This document shows positions 50,346 to 60,341 of a stretch of DNA of 64,000 nucleotides, in pieces. Position numbers and translations under genes: made by a program. The notes under the pieces are model-generated. The model had not been told where the DNA came from. It saw nothing but the letters and a program-made list of their open reading frames with translations, and did not search any database. The stretch is from an uncultured Clostridia bacterium (lineage in GTDB: Bacteria; Bacillota; Clostridia; TANB77; CAG-508), in the NCBI GenBank assembly GCA_947588945.1, contig CANPZY010000004.1:2174-66173 (forward strand), written 5' to 3'. Position 1 is the first letter of the stretch. Every line of letters begins with the position of its first letter.

Positions 50346-51635
50346 TTAAGCGTAAGCACTTCTTTTCTTGAAGGATAACAAGTTCGTGATTTCTCCTGGA
50401 ACACTTTTTGATTTAGTTTTACGAGCTTTTTCCTGTTTTGATTTTTCTAATTGTCTTTGTGCTTCTGTCTGACAAATTGCCTGTTCATATACATAATGTG
50501 TATCTTGAGCAATTTTATTCCAACTATATAATTCTTTAATTCTTTTTACAGCATTTTTTGAAACTGTATCACATAATTTTTGATCAAATAATAATGTTAA
50601 AACAGAATCAGCAATTGAATTTGCATTTCCTGCATAGCTTTTCATTCCTGTATATCCATGTTCAACGATTTCATTCAAACCACCTACATCTGATACAACA
50701 GTTGGTACTCCTGCAAGCATTGCCTCTAATGCAACTATTCCAAATGGTTCATAAGTACTTGGAAATACTGCTATGTCAGCACATTTGTACATTTTTTGAA
50801 CTTTTTTAGAATCACAGTATCCTGCAAAATATACTTTATTATCTATTCCTAGATTATGAGCTTCCTGTCTTAATTCATCCATCATTCCACCACGTCCGCA
50901 AATAACTAGTTTAGCATCATGGTAATGTTCTAATATCTTAGGCATAGCTCCAATTAAGTGCTGTATGCCTTTTTCATATACTAATCTTCCAACATACAAG
51001 ATAATTTTTTCATTATCCATTGCATACTGTCTTCTAAAATCATAATCTCTATCAATACCAGTAAAATTGCTTAAATTTATTCCATTAGGTATAACATTTA
51101 TTTTTTCAAAAGGTAAGCCAAATAATCTTTGTAAATCATTTTTCATAAAATTACTATTAACTATAACTTCAGTTGATTCATAAGTTAGAAGCCATTCTGA
51201 ATCATTTATATATCTTTGTACTTCATCATGAATTCCACTATTTCTACCACTTTCGGTAGCATGAATTGTAGTTACTACTGGAATTTTAAATGCTTCTTTT
51301 AAAGATTTTGTAGCATAAGTTACAAGCCAATCATGTGCATGAATTACATCAAATTTTCCTTGTTCATTTATTATTTCTGATGCTTTTGCCACCATATTAA
51401 AATTCAATTGCATTATCCAATCAATAAAATTATTAGGATTAATCATATAGTTATCAACTCTATATACATTTACTCCTTTATCATTTTCTACATATGGAGT
51501 ATTACCATCCCTATAAGTAATTACTGTTACTTCATGACCATCTTTTACTAACCTATGTGACAAATCATAAACTACTCTAGCCATTCCTCCTACTATTCTT
51601 GGTGGATATTCCCACGATAGCATTAAAATTCTCAT
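50346..51635 (-). CDS. glycosyltransferase family 4 (glycogen-synthase-like)
   Basis: MRILMLSWEYPPRIVGGMARVV..., the C-terminal STYEPFGIVALEAM block and a basic tail. Confidence 0.8.
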   Translation of the reverse strand: MRILMLSWEYPPRIVGGMARVVYDLSHRLVKDGHEVTVITYRDGNTPYVENDKGVNVYRVDNYMINPNNFIDWIMQLNFNMVAKASEIINEQGKFDVIHAHDWLVTYATKSLKEAFKIPVVTTIHATESGRNSGIHDEVQRYINDSEWLLTYESTEVIVNSNFMKNDLQRLFGLPFEKINVIPNGINLSNFTGIDRDYDFRRQYAMDNEKIILYVGRLVYEKGIQHLIGAMPKILEHYHDAKLVICGRGGMMDELRQEAHNLGIDNKVYFAGYCDSKKVQKMYKCADIAVFPSTYEPFGIVALEAMLAGVPTVVSDVGGLNEIVEHGYTGMKSYAGNANSIADSVLTLLFDQKLCDTVSKNAVKRIKELYSWNKIAQDTHYVYEQAICQTEAQRQLEKSKQEKARKTKSKSVPGEITNLLSFKKRSAYA

Positions 51636-51981
51636 TATTTTTTTCCTTTCAGATATTTCTTTTGTAACTACATACCTTGCTAAATATAGCTCTATTTTTT
51701 ATTGTTATTTTTTGGCTTAGCTTAGTTAACCTTTATATTCATTATCTTATTTTATACATAATTTTATAAAATGTAAATATTAAAATCACAAAATATTTGC
51801 GTATTTTTATGTCTTTTAGTTTGCATTTATTTTACAATTTTGTTATATTAAAAAATTATATTTTTTATATATTTATATTTTGACAATATTTTTTATTTTT
51901 TTTTATTTTTCTATTGTAAAAAAAAAATCTTTGATATATTATATTGTATGAATGTTATGCATTTTTTCTAAGGAGGAAATA

Positions 51982-53070
51982 ATGGCTCGCAAAACTAAAG
52001 ATGAATTAACTAAAAAAACTATAGCTACTGAAGAAACTACTTCTCGTACTGTTAAAAAAACTTCTAAAACATCTAAAAAAGTAGCTTTAAAAAATGACTC
52101 AAAAGGTACTAAAACAAGAAGTTCTGCCTCAGCAAAAAAATCTACTACTAAGATTCCTAAAGCTGAGAAAAAAGTTTCTAAAAAAGAGCCTAAAACTATA
52201 AAGAAATCTACTTCTAAATCAGTTAAAGTAGATTCTATTAGTGATTCTAAAATTAATACAAAAAATCCTTCTATAAAAAAAGATAAAACTCAGAAAGCTG
52301 TTGCTAAAAAAACTACTGCAAAAAAAGTTGTTAATAATAAGGTTACTACTAAAACTGCTCCAAAGAAGTCTACTACTAAAAAGTCTAGTGCAAAAAATTC
52401 AACTACAAAAACTGGCGCTAAAAAAGCTAGTACAAAAAAGTCTTCAAAGGAAGTTGTATCTAGAAATATTAAGTCTAAAGCTAAAATCTTACCAATTAAT
52501 CCTTTAGAATATTATGATTTACCATATAGATATAATCAAACAGTAGTAAAAGTTTTAGCACAGAATCCTAATACATTATTTGTTTATTGGGACATCTCTG
52601 ATAGAGATAGAGAAAATTTAGAAAAAAAGTATGGTAAAATGTTCTTTTATAATACTAAACCTGTATTAGTAGTTCATAATTTAACAACTAACTATACTTT
52701 TGAAATAGATATAGATGACTTTGCAAACAATTGGTATGTACATGTAGATAATACAAAATGTAAATATGTTGTTGAACTTGGAAGAAGGCCTAAATACGAA
52801 GGTGCACAAGATATTCCTATTAATTACTTAAATGTTGCATTTTCAAATGTTATAGAAATTCCAAATGATCACATTCTATTCTTTAAAGAAAATGATAAAA
52901 TTTATTTTAAAAATATAAAAACTAATAAAATTACTGAGAAAATAATAAAGAAAAAACCACACTTAAACATAGTTAAAGATATTTATAAAAACTATAATCT
53001 TTCTGAAGATGAAAACAGATTCGATTTCAAAAATCCATCTTCTCAAAATCCGACATCAACTTTTTTATAA
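51982..53070 (+). CDS. DUF4912-like protein with a lysine/threonine/serine-rich N-terminal half
   Basis: The C-terminal region is YDLPYRYNQTVVKVLAQNPNTLFVYWDISD... ATG 51982 is preceded by AAGGAGG. The track start at 51952 lacks an RBS. Confidence 0.7.
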   Translation: MARKTKDELTKKTIATEETTSRTVKKTSKTSKKVALKNDSKGTKTRSSASAKKSTTKIPKAEKKVSKKEPKTIKKSTSKSVKVDSISDSKINTKNPSIKKDKTQKAVAKKTTAKKVVNNKVTTKTAPKKSTTKKSSAKNSTTKTGAKKASTKKSSKEVVSRNIKSKAKILPINPLEYYDLPYRYNQTVVKVLAQNPNTLFVYWDISDRDRENLEKKYGKMFFYNTKPVLVVHNLTTNYTFEIDIDDFANNWYVHVDNTKCKYVVELGRRPKYEGAQDIPINYLNVAFSNVIEIPNDHILFFKENDKIYFKNIKTNKITEKIIKKKPHLNIVKDIYKNYNLSEDENRFDFKNPSSQNPTSTFL

Positions 53071-53096
53071 TTTTCAAATAGAAAGGATTAAATCTT

Positions 53097-54722
53097 ATGA
53101 ATAAACAAACCAAAGGATATGTTAGTTTTGTTTTACATGCACATTTACCTTATGTTCATCATCCAGAAAGTGAAGATTATCTTGAAGAGCAATGGTTATA
53201 TGAAGCAATATCTGAATGTTATATTCCCCTTTTACAAAATTTTCAAAAACTTGTAGACGAGAATGTAAAATTCAGATTTACTATGTCTCTTACCCCACCT
53301 CTTCTTAACATGTTAGATAATAAATTGCTTCAAGAAAGATATATAAAATATTTAAAAAAACATATTGAATTAACAGAAAAAGAAATTGAAAGAACTAAGG
53401 ATAATCCTAGAATAAATAAATTATCACATTATTATTTTGAAAAATATTCTAATGACTTAGATTTTTTTCAAAATAAATATAATTGTAATCTTATTCAAGC
53501 CTTTAAAAAATTCAATGACCTTGGTGTTATTGAAATTATTGGTTGTGGAGCAACACATGGATATTTTCCTATTTTATATGTAAATGAGAAAACAGTTAGA
53601 GCGCAAATCGCTCTAGGAGTACAAACTTATAATAAATATTTTTCTAAACCTATAAAAGGTTTTTGGCTTCCTGAATGTGGTTATATACCTGAGGCTGATA
53701 AATATTTAAAAGAGTTTGGTATTGAATATGTATTAGTTGAAACTCATGGAATTTTATACGCTGACCCTACCCCATTATATGGAACTTATGCTCCTATTGT
53801 TTCTCCTGATGGTGTTGTTGCTTTTGGCAGAGATCTAGAATCATCAAGGCAAGTTTGGAGCTCAATAAATGGTTATCCCGGAGACTTTAATTATAGAGAA
53901 TTTTATAGAGACATTGGATATGATGCCCCTTATGATTACATAAAACCTTATATAGCTTCTAATGGTGCTCGCGTTTCTACTGGAATAAGATATCATAGAA
54001 TTACTGGTCCTACTGAACAAAAAGATATATATGACATTCAATGGGCTTGGGATAGTTTAGAAAAACAAGCTGGGCACTTTTTTGATTGTAGATGTAAACA
54101 AATTGAATATCTATCTGAAAAAACTGAAAATCCACCTATTGTTGTTTGCCCTTATGATGCTGAACTCTATGGACATTGGTGGTATGAAGGTCCTGATTGG
54201 CTTTATGTTCTTGCTAAAAAAATTTATTATGATGATTGTAATTTTGAATTAATTACTCCTAGTGAATATATTGATAAATATCCAAATATGCAAATCTCTA
54301 CTCCTTGTCGTTCAAGTTGGGGTGCTAAAGGATATAGTGAAGTTTGGTTAAATCCTTCAAATGATTATGTTCACAGACATTTACATGTTGCAGGTGATAG
54401 AATGTGTGAACTTGCATTCAAATATCCAAATGAATCTAATAATTCAATTAAACGAAGAATTTTAAATCAATGTGCTCGTGAATTGGTTTTAGCACAAAGT
54501 AGCGATTGGCTATTTATTATTACAAATGGAACTATGGTTGACTATGCTAAGAAGAGAATTAAAGACCATATTGGAAGATTCACTAAATTTTATTTATGGC
54601 TTACCAAGGATATAGATTTAATTGAAAATAATACACTTTCTGGTGAAAAGTTAAACTTCTTAGAAAGTATTGAAGAAAGTGACGCAATATTTCCTGAAAT
54701 AGATTATATGATTTATTATTAA
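53097..54722 (+). CDS. GH57-family 1,4-alpha-glucan branching enzyme-like protein (DUF1957 type)
   Basis: N-terminus GYVSFVLHAHLPYVHHPE...EQWLYEAISECYIPLL and the catalytic-region blocks WLPECGY and CPYDAELYGHWWYEG. Confidence 0.8.
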   Translation: MNKQTKGYVSFVLHAHLPYVHHPESEDYLEEQWLYEAISECYIPLLQNFQKLVDENVKFRFTMSLTPPLLNMLDNKLLQERYIKYLKKHIELTEKEIERTKDNPRINKLSHYYFEKYSNDLDFFQNKYNCNLIQAFKKFNDLGVIEIIGCGATHGYFPILYVNEKTVRAQIALGVQTYNKYFSKPIKGFWLPECGYIPEADKYLKEFGIEYVLVETHGILYADPTPLYGTYAPIVSPDGVVAFGRDLESSRQVWSSINGYPGDFNYREFYRDIGYDAPYDYIKPYIASNGARVSTGIRYHRITGPTEQKDIYDIQWAWDSLEKQAGHFFDCRCKQIEYLSEKTENPPIVVCPYDAELYGHWWYEGPDWLYVLAKKIYYDDCNFELITPSEYIDKYPNMQISTPCRSSWGAKGYSEVWLNPSNDYVHRHLHVAGDRMCELAFKYPNESNNSIKRRILNQCARELVLAQSSDWLFIITNGTMVDYAKKRIKDHIGRFTKFYLWLTKDIDLIENNTLSGEKLNFLESIEESDAIFPEIDYMIYY

Positions 54723-54725
54723 TGA

Positions 54726-54800
54726 AAAAAATATGCTTTTTATATAGAATATCATAAAGTTTGTATAAACTTTAAAATTCTTATAAAAAGCATATTTTTT
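54726..54800. terminator. bidirectional terminator between the GH57 gene and rplS
   Basis: 19-bp perfect arms AAAAAATATGCTTTTTATA / TATAAAAAGCATATTTTTT enclose a small inner hairpin AAAGTTT-GTAT-AAACTTT. Confidence 0.75.
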
Positions 54801-54865
54801 ATTTATTGATTATCATCTTATTTAATAGTTTTACTATTTAATAATTTTTAAATTTCTTTATTATC

Positions 54866-55453
54866 TTATTTATTTTCGTCTGCTGGTGCATCTTCTTTTA
54901 CAGGTTCTTCTACTTTTTCTGTAGCAACTTCTTTTTCATTTTTTGTTTCATTATTTTCTGTTGATACTTCTTCAGCTTCTGTAGATTCTTTTACTTCTGT
55001 ATTTGCTGTATTTTCTACATTCTCTACAGTTTCTACATTATCAGCTACTTCAGTTTCAGCTGTTTCTGGTATTTCCTCTTTTACAACTACATCATCTCTA
55101 TTTAGGTCTGCTCCAACATTTTCTTTTGTCTTAGCAGATTTACCTAATTTTTCTCTTAAATAATATAATTTAGCTCTTCTTACCTTTCCAACTCTTACTA
55201 GTTCAACTTTTTCAATTAATGGAGAATGTAGTAAAAATGTTTTTTCTACTCCTACTCCATAAGAAATTCTTCTAACTGTAAAAGTTTCATTTAATCCACC
55301 ATTTTGTTTCTTTATTACAATTCCTTCAAAGACTTGTATTCTTTGTCTATTTCCTTCTTTTATTCTTTGATGTACTTTTACAGTATCACCAACTTTTATA
55401 TCAGGAACTTTACTTTTTAACTGTTCATGTTCTATTGATTTTATAATGTCCAT
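54866..55453 (-). CDS. rplS: 50S ribosomal protein L19 with a ~80-aa acidic C-terminal extension
   Basis: The core [47 protein letters not shown]...[10 protein letters not shown] is canonical L19. ATG 55453 has AGGAG 8 nt upstream. Confidence 0.93.
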   Translation of the reverse strand: MDIIKSIEHEQLKSKVPDIKVGDTVKVHQRIKEGNRQRIQVFEGIVIKKQNGGLNETFTVRRISYGVGVEKTFLLHSPLIEKVELVRVGKVRRAKLYYLREKLGKSAKTKENVGADLNRDDVVVKEEIPETAETEVADNVETVENVENTANTEVKESTEAEEVSTENNETKNEKEVATEKVEEPVKEDAPADENK

Positions 55454-55472
55454 AATCAATCTCCTTTCATTA

Positions 55473-56201
55473 TTAATTTTTAATATTTTTAATTAAATTA
55501 TTATCTAATATTTTCTTTGCCAGACTTTTTTGTTCTTCATTTAAAAGCTCTGGTCTTTTTTTATAAGTTGTTATCAGTGCTTGTTCTTCTCTCCATCTAT
55601 TAATATTTTGATGATTTCCTGAAACAAGAACTTCCGGCACTTTTTTTCCTTTAAATTCTAATGGTCTTGTATATGCAGGATATTCTAATAAATTATTTTT
55701 TGAAAATGATTCCTCTTCTGTTGATTCATCACTCAAAACTCCATTTACATATCTACTAACAGCATCAATCAGAACCATCGCTGGTAATTCTCCACCTGTT
55801 AATACATAATCTCCTATTGAAATTTCTTCATCTACAATATCATCTAGAACCCTTTGATCAATTCCTTCATAATGTCCACATAATAAAATTAAATTTTTTT
55901 CTTTTGAAAGGCTTTTTACTTTTTCTTGATTAAGCACTCTTCCTTTAGGTGAAAGATATATTACTTTTGAATCATCATCTTTTACACTTTTATATGCATC
56001 ATATACTACATCAGGCATCATAACCATTCCGGCTCCTCCGCCATAAGGAGTATCATCAACTTTTTTATGCTTATCTTTTGAAAAATCTCTAATATTTATT
56101 AAATTAATATTTATTATCCCTTTTTCTTGTGCTCTTCCTATAATACTTTTTTTCATTATTTCAAACATTTCTGGAAATAATGTTAGCACATCGAATTTCA
56201 T
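55473..56201 (-). CDS. trmD: tRNA (guanine37-N1)-methyltransferase
   Basis: [24 protein letters not shown] and [16 protein letters not shown]. Confidence 0.95.
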   Translation of the reverse strand: MKFDVLTLFPEMFEIMKKSIIGRAQEKGIININLINIRDFSKDKHKKVDDTPYGGGAGMVMMPDVVYDAYKSVKDDDSKVIYLSPKGRVLNQEKVKSLSKEKNLILLCGHYEGIDQRVLDDIVDEEISIGDYVLTGGELPAMVLIDAVSRYVNGVLSDESTEEESFSKNNLLEYPAYTRPLEFKGKKVPEVLVSGNHQNINRWREEQALITTYKKRPELLNEEQKSLAKKILDNNLIKNIKN

Positions 56202-56283
56202 TTTATTACCTTTCTTTTTACCTTTAATTATTATTTTTTAATATAATTACTAAACGTTAAATAAAAATTAATTATTATATTTT

Positions 56284-56811
56284 TTATATTAAACCTTTTA
56301 ATAAGTGGACTATTATTTTTTTATTATCTGTATCAATTTGTTTTACAACATCTTTTATGACTGGTATTAATATTTTTCCAACTTGGTATACATCATTTGC
56401 ACCTGTTTGCAATACATCATCTAATTTTCCTAAAAGTTTTTTCTCATCAGTATATACATCAAATCCTATTAAATCACTTACATAGTAAGTTCCTTTTGGA
56501 AGTTCTGGAGCATCTTTTCTATCCATTAATACTGTAGTATTTTTTAAATTTTCTGCTTCTTCTATTGTGTCAATTCCCTTTAATTTGATTACAAAAATAT
56601 TTTTTTGAATTCTTGCTCTTTCTATTTCCATTAAATTGTTATTTATATATACTTTTTTTACTTTTAAAATATAGTCGACATAAGGATATATTTTTAATTC
56701 TCCTTTTAGTCCAAATGTGTTTACTATAACACCAAGTTCCATTTTCTGATTTTCATTAAGACTATTTTCTAATTTTTTATTTTCGTCTTTATCAGTTTTA
56801 TTTTTTTCCAA
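56284..56811 (-). CDS. rimM: 16S rRNA processing protein RimM
   Basis: GVIVNTFGLKGELKIYP is followed by a PRC-barrel C-terminus. TTG start with GGAG upstream gives a 23-aa N-terminal extension. The alternative start is ATG 56742. Confidence 0.85.
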   Translation of the reverse strand: MEKNKTDKDENKKLENSLNENQKMELGVIVNTFGLKGELKIYPYVDYILKVKKVYINNNLMEIERARIQKNIFVIKLKGIDTIEEAENLKNTTVLMDRKDAPELPKGTYYVSDLIGFDVYTDEKKLLGKLDDVLQTGANDVYQVGKILIPVIKDVVKQIDTDNKKIIVHLLKGLI

Positions 56812-56826
56812 AATATATTCTCCAAT

Positions 56827-57060
56827 CTAATCGTCAACAAATTCTACTTCTACTCTTTTTTGTTCTTTTGCTCCAAGTGATTTTGCTATAGTTCTGATTG
56901 CTTGTGCAATTCTTCCCTGTTTTCCTATAACTTTTCCCATTTCTTCTTTGTTAACTTTTATTTTGTATATATCTTTATTTTCTTCTTGGGCTTTTTCTAT
57001 TGTAACTTCTTCTTTGTTATTAACAAGGTTTTCTATAATTGTTTTTAGTATTTCTTCCAT
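56827..57060 (-). CDS. KH-domain RNA-binding protein (YlqC/UPF0109)
   Basis: The GKVIGKQGRIAQAIRTI motif (GxxG KH loop), and conserved position between rpsP and rimM. Confidence 0.85.
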   Translation of the reverse strand: MEEILKTIIENLVNNKEEVTIEKAQEENKDIYKIKVNKEEMGKVIGKQGRIAQAIRTIAKSLGAKEQKRVEVEFVDD

Positions 57061-57073
57061 TTTCCTTGCCTCC

Positions 57074-57307
57074 TTATTTTGCCTTGTTTATTAAGGCTTT
57101 AACTGTATCTGTTGGTTGAGCTCCATTTTTTATCCAAGTAGCAACTTTTTCATTATCTAACTTAATTTCTGCAGGATTTTTCATTGGGTCATATGTTCCT
57201 ATTTGCTCGATAATTTTGCCATCTCTTGGTGATCTTGAATCAGCTACAACAATATGATAGAAAGGTGCTTTCTTTGCTCCTACTCTTTTTAATCTTATTT
57301 TTACCAT
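57074..57307 (-). CDS. rpsP: 30S ribosomal protein S16
   Basis: [41 protein letters not shown]. Confidence 0.97.
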   Translation of the reverse strand: MVKIRLKRVGAKKAPFYHIVVADSRSPRDGKIIEQIGTYDPMKNPAEIKLDNEKVATWIKNGAQPTDTVKALINKAK

Positions 57308-57472
57308 ATTTTCACCTCCTAAAAAATATTATTTATATTAAATTTAAAAACTTAATAACTAAACCATTTTCAATTTTTTATTATTTTACTATATTTAAAG
57401 TAAGCCATTTTTTATTATTTCAATGAAATATCTAATAATTTGTTTTTATTTTTATATTGAAATAAATTGAAT

Positions 57473-58855
57473 TTACTTTAATTTATCTTCTAATTCTTTT
57501 AATTCTTCTTCTGACATTTTATCTAAATTCATTTTTCCCATTAGCTTTTTCATTCTAGGATCTAGATTTCCTGATTTCATCTTTTTCATCATACTTTGAG
57601 TCATTTCAAAAGATTTCATAAATTTGTTTATTTCTTGTACTGTCGTTCCACTACCATTTGCTATTCTAATTCTTCTTGATGCATTAAGTAGTTTTGGATT
57701 TTCTCTTTCTTTATTGGTCATTGAGCAAATCATTGCCTCTATTCTTTCAAATTCTTTATCATCTACTTGAATATTATATTTGCTCATTCCTGGTATCATT
57801 TTTAGTATTGATGAAAATGAGCCCATTTTTTTCACTTGTCTTAATTGAGCTAGATAATCATTTAAATCTAAATCTTTATTTTTTCTAAGCTTTTTTTCAA
57901 GCTTTTCAGCTTCTTCTATGCTAAACTTTTCTTCGGCTTGCTCTATAATTGATAGAACATCACCCATTCCAAGTATTCTTGATGCCATTCTATCAGGATG
58001 GAATTCTTCTACTTCGTTAAGTTTTTCACCTGTACCAATGAACTTTATAGGCTTTCCAGTAACTTTCTTTACCGAAATTGCTGCACCACCACGAGTATCA
58101 CCATCTAACTTGGTTAGTACAACTCCATCTATTCCTAAATCTTCATTAAATTTTGTTGCAATATTAACTGCTTCTTGACCTGTCATTGAATCGACTACTA
58201 ATAAAATTTCATGTGGTTTTACATTTAATTTTATATTTTTTAATTCTTGCATAAGTTCTTCATCTATTTGTAATCTTCCTGCTGTATCAAGAATTACAAC
58301 ATCATTTAACTTACTTATTGCAACTTCTTTAGCTTGTTTTGCTATTTTTACAACGTCTTTTTCGCCTTCATTTGCAAAAACAGGTACATTAAGCTGTGCG
58401 CCTACGACTTGTAATTGCTTTATTGCTGCTGGTCTATATACATCACAAGCAACTAATAATGGCTTTTTACCTTGTTTTCTAAGAAGATTTGCAAGCTTTC
58501 CTGCCATAGTAGTTTTTCCTGAACCTTGTAAACCTATAAGCATTACTATTGTTGGTGGATTTGGTGAAAAAGCTATCTTACTATCTGTTCCACCTAACAA
58601 TTCAACTAATTCATCTTTTACTATTTTTACAACTTGTTGTCCCGGAGTAAGAGATTTAAGTACATCACTTCCCAAGGCTTTATCATGTATATTGCTTACG
58701 AATTCTTTTACAACTTTATAGTTTACATCTGCCTCTAACAGTGCAAGCTTGACTTCTCTAAGCATTTCGTTTAAGTCAGATTCTGTTATTCTTGCTTTTC
58801 CTCTTAATTTTCTTGTAAAAGCTTGAAGCTTTTCTGATAAACCTTCAAAAGCCAT
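57473..58855 (-). CDS. ffh: signal recognition particle protein Ffh
   Basis: N domain, G domain (GLQGSGKTT, DTAGR, TKLDGD) and a methionine-rich M domain. Confidence 0.97.
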   Translation of the reverse strand: MAFEGLSEKLQAFTRKLRGKARITESDLNEMLREVKLALLEADVNYKVVKEFVSNIHDKALGSDVLKSLTPGQQVVKIVKDELVELLGGTDSKIAFSPNPPTIVMLIGLQGSGKTTMAGKLANLLRKQGKKPLLVACDVYRPAAIKQLQVVGAQLNVPVFANEGEKDVVKIAKQAKEVAISKLNDVVILDTAGRLQIDEELMQELKNIKLNVKPHEILLVVDSMTGQEAVNIATKFNEDLGIDGVVLTKLDGDTRGGAAISVKKVTGKPIKFIGTGEKLNEVEEFHPDRMASRILGMGDVLSIIEQAEEKFSIEEAEKLEKKLRKNKDLDLNDYLAQLRQVKKMGSFSSILKMIPGMSKYNIQVDDKEFERIEAMICSMTNKERENPKLLNASRRIRIANGSGTTVQEINKFMKSFEMTQSMMKKMKSGNLDPRMKKLMGKMNLDKMSEEELKELEDKLK

Positions 58856-58967
58856 TCTCTTATCTCCCTTCGAATAATATTTTTATTTCATATACGTTTA
58901 TATTAGTTCAAAAATATTATAAAATTAATGCTTTATCTAATTTTATTGTTTTATTTGATAAACTTTA

Positions 58968-59315
58968 TTAAACTAATACTCTAAGTTCTTTTTGTATATC
59001 ATTTAAAATCTTTTCTACTTTTTTATCTGATGAATTATCTCCAATTTTATTCAGTTGAGCTAATATTGTTTTTATTGTTTGCTCATTTTTTTTCATTTTT
59101 TTCATAATTTCAAGCTTTTCTTCGTATTCGAAAAGTTTATCTTCTCCCTTCTTTAGCAAGTCTCTTACGCCTTGTCTTGAAATATTATTATTTTCAGCAA
59201 TTTCTGATAGTGATAAATTATCATTATAATAGTTATCTAAAACATTTAATTGTTTTTTAGTTAATAACTTACCATAAATTTGTAGTAATATACTTATTTC
59301 TACATACTTATCCAT
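58968..59315 (-). CDS. ylxM: YlxM/UPF0122 HTH protein
   Basis: ...LTKKQLNVLDNYYNDNLSLSEIAENNNISRQGVRDLLKKGE (sigma70-r4-like HTH), immediately upstream of ffh. Confidence 0.85.
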   Translation of the reverse strand: MDKYVEISILLQIYGKLLTKKQLNVLDNYYNDNLSLSEIAENNNISRQGVRDLLKKGEDKLFEYEEKLEIMKKMKKNEQTIKTILAQLNKIGDNSSDKKVEKILNDIQKELRVLV

Positions 59316-59332
59316 TTTATCACTCCTATATA

Positions 59333-59356
59333 GTGTAAAGTATATATACTTTACAC
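59333..59356. other. perfect 24-bp palindrome GTGTAAAGTATA|TATACTTTACAC in the ylxM leader
   Basis: Read directly from the sequence. It lies 18 nt upstream of the ylxM start codon, adjacent to the RBS. Confidence 0.8.
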
Positions 59357-59364
59357 CTTTTTCT

Positions 59365-59406
59365 TAAAAAAGTCAAGTATTTTAGGCAAAATACTTGATT
59401 TTTTTC
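59365..59406. terminator. terminator after the pilin-like gene (bidirectional form)
   Basis: aaaaaagTCAAGTATTTTaggcAAAATACTTGAttttttt has an 11-bp stem flanked by A- and T-runs. Confidence 0.75.
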
Positions 59407-59467
59407 AAAAATTACATTTTCAATTTTAATTTATTGTTCTTTTATTTTACTTTATTATAGATTTAAT

Positions 59468-59992
59468 CTATGAATTATTTATTTGTGATAATTCTTCTGA
59501 TAATCTATAATAGGTATTTCCATTATATTGTACACCTTTTACATAGTATATAGTTCTGCTTTGTGCATTTATTATATATACATCATCTGAACCGGTATAC
59601 GTTGATTCATTTCCATTTAAATTATGATTTCCTGAACCATTATTTAATTCTGCCATGTCAGTTGCTAAATTTGAATTAACTTTTTTTATATTTATTACAT
59701 AATAAGTACTATTATCATTTGGATTTTTAATATCTTTACCATTCTGTTTACCTTCTAAAAAAGCAGTTGAACCACTATATCTAGGTCCTATATCTTTTAT
59801 ATCTTTATCAAAAAAAGCAACACTTACAGACTCTCTTAAATTATCTATATCTTCTTTAAATTTTGAATATTCATTAAATTGTACTATATTAGTTGTATTT
59901 ATAATAACTGGTATAGAGATTAATGATAAAATTACTATAATTATAACTAAAACAATTAATGTTATTCCTCTTTCATTTTTTAACTTTTGCAT
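59468..59992 (-). CDS. prepilin-like N-terminus protein (174 aa)
   Basis: MQKLKNERG|ITLIVLVIIIVILSLISIPV. GAAGGA RBS 8 nt upstream. The C-terminus is ...DDVYIINAQSRTIYYVKGVQYNGNTYYRL. Confidence 0.7.
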   Translation of the reverse strand: MQKLKNERGITLIVLVIIIVILSLISIPVIINTTNIVQFNEYSKFKEDIDNLRESVSVAFFDKDIKDIGPRYSGSTAFLEGKQNGKDIKNPNDNSTYYVINIKKVNSNLATDMAELNNGSGNHNLNGNESTYTGSDDVYIINAQSRTIYYVKGVQYNGNTYYRLSEELSQINNS

Positions 59993-60008
59993 AATTTATC
60001 CTTCTTTT

Positions 60009-60341
60009 TTATCTATCTAGTTCTTTTCCTCTTATTTGTTCAATTTCTTTTGTTTTTTCTACTCCATGATTAACTTCAGTTCTTTTTTCTAGGTTGTCTT
60101 GTTTTTTTACATTAATTTCTTTTTTTGCTTTTAATTTATAATTCGGATCTACACTATCTGAATACAAATTCATTGTATCATTTTGAGCCCTATTCAATTC
60201 ATCTAACATATTATCATTTATAGATTCTGCACTAGCAAAATTAGGGTTATTTATATCATATTCTGGTAAAACATCAGTTTCAGATATTTCTTTAAAAAAT
60301 CTTTTTGCAAAAGAATCTATTTTTTGCATTAATTTTTTCAT
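60009..60341 (-). CDS. hypothetical protein (110 aa)
   Basis: ORF ending 16 nt before the pilin-like gene start, so probably in the same operon. The RBS is weak and no family is recognised. Confidence 0.45.
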   Translation of the reverse strand: MKKLMQKIDSFAKRFFKEISETDVLPEYDINNPNFASAESINDNMLDELNRAQNDTMNLYSDSVDPNYKLKAKKEINVKKQDNLEKRTEVNHGVEKTKEIEQIRGKELDR

